28,308 nucleotides of DNA from a virus (Duplodnaviria; Caudoviricetes): the IMG/VR virus record IMGVR_UViG_3300027406_000009, positions 1 through 28,308 of that record; one strand, written 5' to 3'. Positions 25,789-28,308 of this stretch are shown piece by piece. The notes beneath the pieces are model-generated. The model searched no databases. It saw only the letters and a list, made by a program, of their open reading frames with translations, and had not been told where the DNA came from. Within the stretch, counting starts at the first letter, position 1. Every line of letters starts with the position of its first letter. The translations under genes were made by a program, and so were the position numbers.

Positions 25789-28004
25789 GACTAACCCTTG
25801 CAGGAAACGAAATCGAACTCTACGAGAACGAGCCAGTGAATCTGAGCTATCAGTTCTCCGATATCCAAGACATCAACGCTTCTTCAAGTAGCTTCTCGCA
25901 GACCTTCCGCGTTCCTCTCACCAAAAAGAATCAAGACTACTTCGGGGCGGTGAATGAGTTCGGTCTAATTACTACATGGAATCCGAAGGTAAAGGTCGAC
26001 GCTGAACTCACTTACAACACAATCCCGGTCATGCGGGGATTTGCCCAGGTGAAAGCGGTGTACGTTCAAAAGGGCAAATATGCAGACGTGGAGATCGCGG
26101 TATTTGGTGAAACGGCTAACCTCTCGCGGGATATTGGGGACGGGATGCTCACCGACCTCGACTTGTCTGCTTATGATCACACATTGAACGCAACCAACAT
26201 CGAAGCGAGTTGGGCGGGTAATTTATCCGGGGGCGTAATCCGTTACGGACTCCCAGACAAGGGGCAGAATTGGACTTCCTCGAATATATGGACATCAACA
26301 AACCCACTTGAACACGGGGACTTTACGCCATACTTCAGAGCGTCCAAACTCTTTGAGGAGATTATGACAGAGGCGGGATATACCTACGACTCTACATTCT
26401 TAACGCGGGTAGATGGTTTATATCTCGCGATGTACAACGGGAACCTCGCGATAAAGGGAGACAGAAACCCGCAAGCGCAAACGGCTTTTGTTGGCTATTC
26501 GGCAGATGTTACGGGTTTAAGCTCAACAACCTTTGTTGATTTAACCGGGTTCTCTGACTCTGCTCCGTTTTACGACACCGATAGTAATTTCAACGGCACA
26601 ACATACACGGCACCCTTTCGAGCCTATTACACGTTTCGCGTATACGTACACGGTGTAATTGACCACCTCACGAACACGACACTCACAATGCGACTCGCAA
26701 AAGGAGGCTCGACGTTTTTAGCGACTATCATTGACAACCTCACAGGGGCTTTTTTCAATGGAGAGTCTTTCGTGGTTTTAACTGATCCCATTCTTTTAAA
26801 TGCAGGAGACGCGGTATCGCTTCAATACGCATTAGCCAACTCAGGACATATGGTAGACTTTACCGGGACAGACGAACTCGGTTCAGGTGGCACAGGGTTT
26901 GAAGTTGTAGAGGTGTCAGGAGCAACGAGCGGACAAACGGTAGACACAGAAGCCAATATGCCGCAGATGAAACAGATTGATTTCATCGCAGGGCTTCAAA
27001 AGATGTTCAACCTTGTCTTTATTCCGGATCGTAACAACTCAAAACATTTAGAGGTGGAACCGTTCAACGATTACATCGCAAGCGGTTCTCAAAAAGATTG
27101 GACAAATAAGATTGACCTCTCGAAAGACCTTACCATCGCACCAACGACAGACCTGCAAGCAAGGCAGTACGATTGGACGCATTCGAACGGAAAAGACCTT
27201 ATCAACGACATAGTGTTTAAAAACGCTTCGCGGGTTTATGGAAGGTATCGAGTTGATGACCCAGAGAACGACTTCGCTTCGGGCAACAAAGAAATAAAGA
27301 CTCCCTTCGCTCCTCACGTCGCTTCATACATTCCCGGCACTCAATACGCAATCCATAGGATGTTGATTGATACGGAGCAAAACGATAAGACCATCAAAGA
27401 CCCCCTTCCGCGTTTGGCGTTTTGGAACGGTCAACAAGACGGGACAATCTACTATCAGAACGACGCGAATTCAGCGACCACCACAGACAATGAGTATCCG
27501 GCTTTCTCGCAGTTCTCATCCCTTGAAGCAACGATCACCAATGAAGATTTGGGATTTGGTGCGGAGCGTCCATTCCATATCGTAGAAGCCAACCCATTGA
27601 ATACCCTATACTACAAGTATTGGAGACCGTTCGTCAATGAGTTGTATTCTTCGGACGCTCGAAAGCTCACCGCGTTCTTCAGGCTCACCCGCTCCGAATT
27701 AGCGACGTTCGAGTTCTCGGATAAGATATATATCAAAGACACGTATTGGAGGATTCTTTCAATCTCGTATGATGCGACAAGTGAAGACCTGGTCAAAGTG
27801 GAGATGCTCAAGGTATTGGGAGAGATTCGGGATTGTGTTTGGCTTCCTGAATCAATCAATAAAGCAACGGGTGAAATACGCTTCGAGAATGCGCTCGGGA
27901 CGTTTCTCTATCAACTCGGACCTCAGAACAGCTCCTGTTGCACAAAGTATGGTTACATCTATAACGCAACCGCTCAACGTTGCTACCAACCCTTCGAACA
28001 ATGA
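25782..28004 (+). CDS. Putative tail tip/baseplate hub protein
   Basis: FSQTFRVP...N, LQKMFNLV, DWT.KID and D.IYIK..YWRI..I motifs; 740 aa; upstream of the TMP. Confidence 0.6.
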   Translation: MLRLTLAGNEIELYENEPVNLSYQFSDIQDINASSSSFSQTFRVPLTKKNQDYFGAVNEFGLITTWNPKVKVDAELTYNTIPVMRGFAQVKAVYVQKGKYADVEIAVFGETANLSRDIGDGMLTDLDLSAYDHTLNATNIEASWAGNLSGGVIRYGLPDKGQNWTSSNIWTSTNPLEHGDFTPYFRASKLFEEIMTEAGYTYDSTFLTRVDGLYLAMYNGNLAIKGDRNPQAQTAFVGYSADVTGLSSTTFVDLTGFSDSAPFYDTDSNFNGTTYTAPFRAYYTFRVYVHGVIDHLTNTTLTMRLAKGGSTFLATIIDNLTGAFFNGESFVVLTDPILLNAGDAVSLQYALANSGHMVDFTGTDELGSGGTGFEVVEVSGATSGQTVDTEANMPQMKQIDFIAGLQKMFNLVFIPDRNNSKHLEVEPFNDYIASGSQKDWTNKIDLSKDLTIAPTTDLQARQYDWTHSNGKDLINDIVFKNASRVYGRYRVDDPENDFASGNKEIKTPFAPHVASYIPGTQYAIHRMLIDTEQNDKTIKDPLPRLAFWNGQQDGTIYYQNDANSATTTDNEYPAFSQFSSLEATITNEDLGFGAERPFHIVEANPLNTLYYKYWRPFVNELYSSDARKLTAFFRLTRSELATFEFSDKIYIKDTYWRILSISYDATSEDLVKVEMLKVLGEIRDCVWLPESINKATGEIRFENALGTFLYQLGPQNSSCCTKYGYIYNATAQRCYQPFEQ

Positions 28005-28186
28005 GGAATCTTGACAATCATCGTTATATAGGAGAAGCGATCCAATTACTCCAAAACAAAGGCGAGAGGGTTCAAGTCCCGCTTTGGTTCAAGGCGTTGG
28101 ATTGGTTCCTCACTTTCGGTTACATCTTCGGACTTGCTTACCTTCTTTATCTATCAATTAAATGGCTACTGAAAATATCGTTCTAA
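28001..28186 (+). CDS. Small membrane protein (61 aa)
   Basis: ATG 28001 overlaps the upstream stop; C-terminal TM helix. Confidence 0.5.
   Translation: MRNLDNHRYIGEAIQLLQNKGERVQVPLWFKALDWFLTFGYIFGLAYLLYLSIKWLLKISF
28002..28030 (+). promoter_or_regulatory. Candidate late promoter TGAGGA-N15-GTTATATA
   Basis: Third copy of the motif, about 130 nt upstream of the TMP start. Confidence 0.35.
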
Positions 28187-28308
28187 AAGTATCAGCAGAC
28201 ACCAGCGACGTTACAAGGTCAATTGATAAAGTTGGCGAAAGCGTCGACGGGACGAGTTCTGCTGTCGGAGGCTTAACAGGACAACTCGACAAGATGACCG
28301 GAGGAGCC
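28162..28308 (+). CDS. Tape measure protein, 5' part (MATENIVLKVSADTSDV...)
   Basis: In frame with 1..1539 across the terminal overlap. Confidence 0.8.
   Translation, partial: MATENIVLKVSADTSDVTRSIDKVGESVDGTSSAVGGLTGQLDKMTGGA
28210..28308. repeat. 99-bp terminal direct repeat, copy 2
   Basis: Identical to 1-99. Confidence 0.95.

Noticed and set aside
1-28308. Stop-codon reassignment
   Set aside because: Standard-code ORFs tile the genome densely, and TAA, TGA and TAG all terminate genes.

Overview
The window looks like an essentially complete, circularly assembled tailed-phage genome. Bases 1-99 are identical to 28210-28308, giving a unit length of 28,209 bp. Every credible gene is on the + strand. 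It has a head module (XkdF-like protease, scaffold, capsid, portal), a lysis module (M15 endolysin, holins, metallophosphoesterase), an early/replication module (small ORFs, SSB-like, HTH, initiator with internal iterons, NinG, ECF-like sigma), two DNA methyltransferases, a PBSX-type terminase and a siphovirus-like tail module. I saw no integrase, polymerase, tRNA or CRISPR. TTG-N19-TAnnTT(T/A)G promoters and A-rich leaders without Shine-Dalgarno sequences point to a Bacteroidota host (inference). The most notable observations are: (1) two U/G-rich segments placed before late-region terminators that are complementary to translation-start regions of early genes, a candidate antisense late-to-early switch; (2) a -1 frameshift with a long dual-coding region; (3) a tail-terminator-like domain fused to three GH54-like lectin domains with constant, GC-rich halves and variable, AT-rich halves; (4) a candidate promoter motif for the phage sigma factor; (5) near absence of GGCC. 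All product calls are by-eye motif recognition, not database results.
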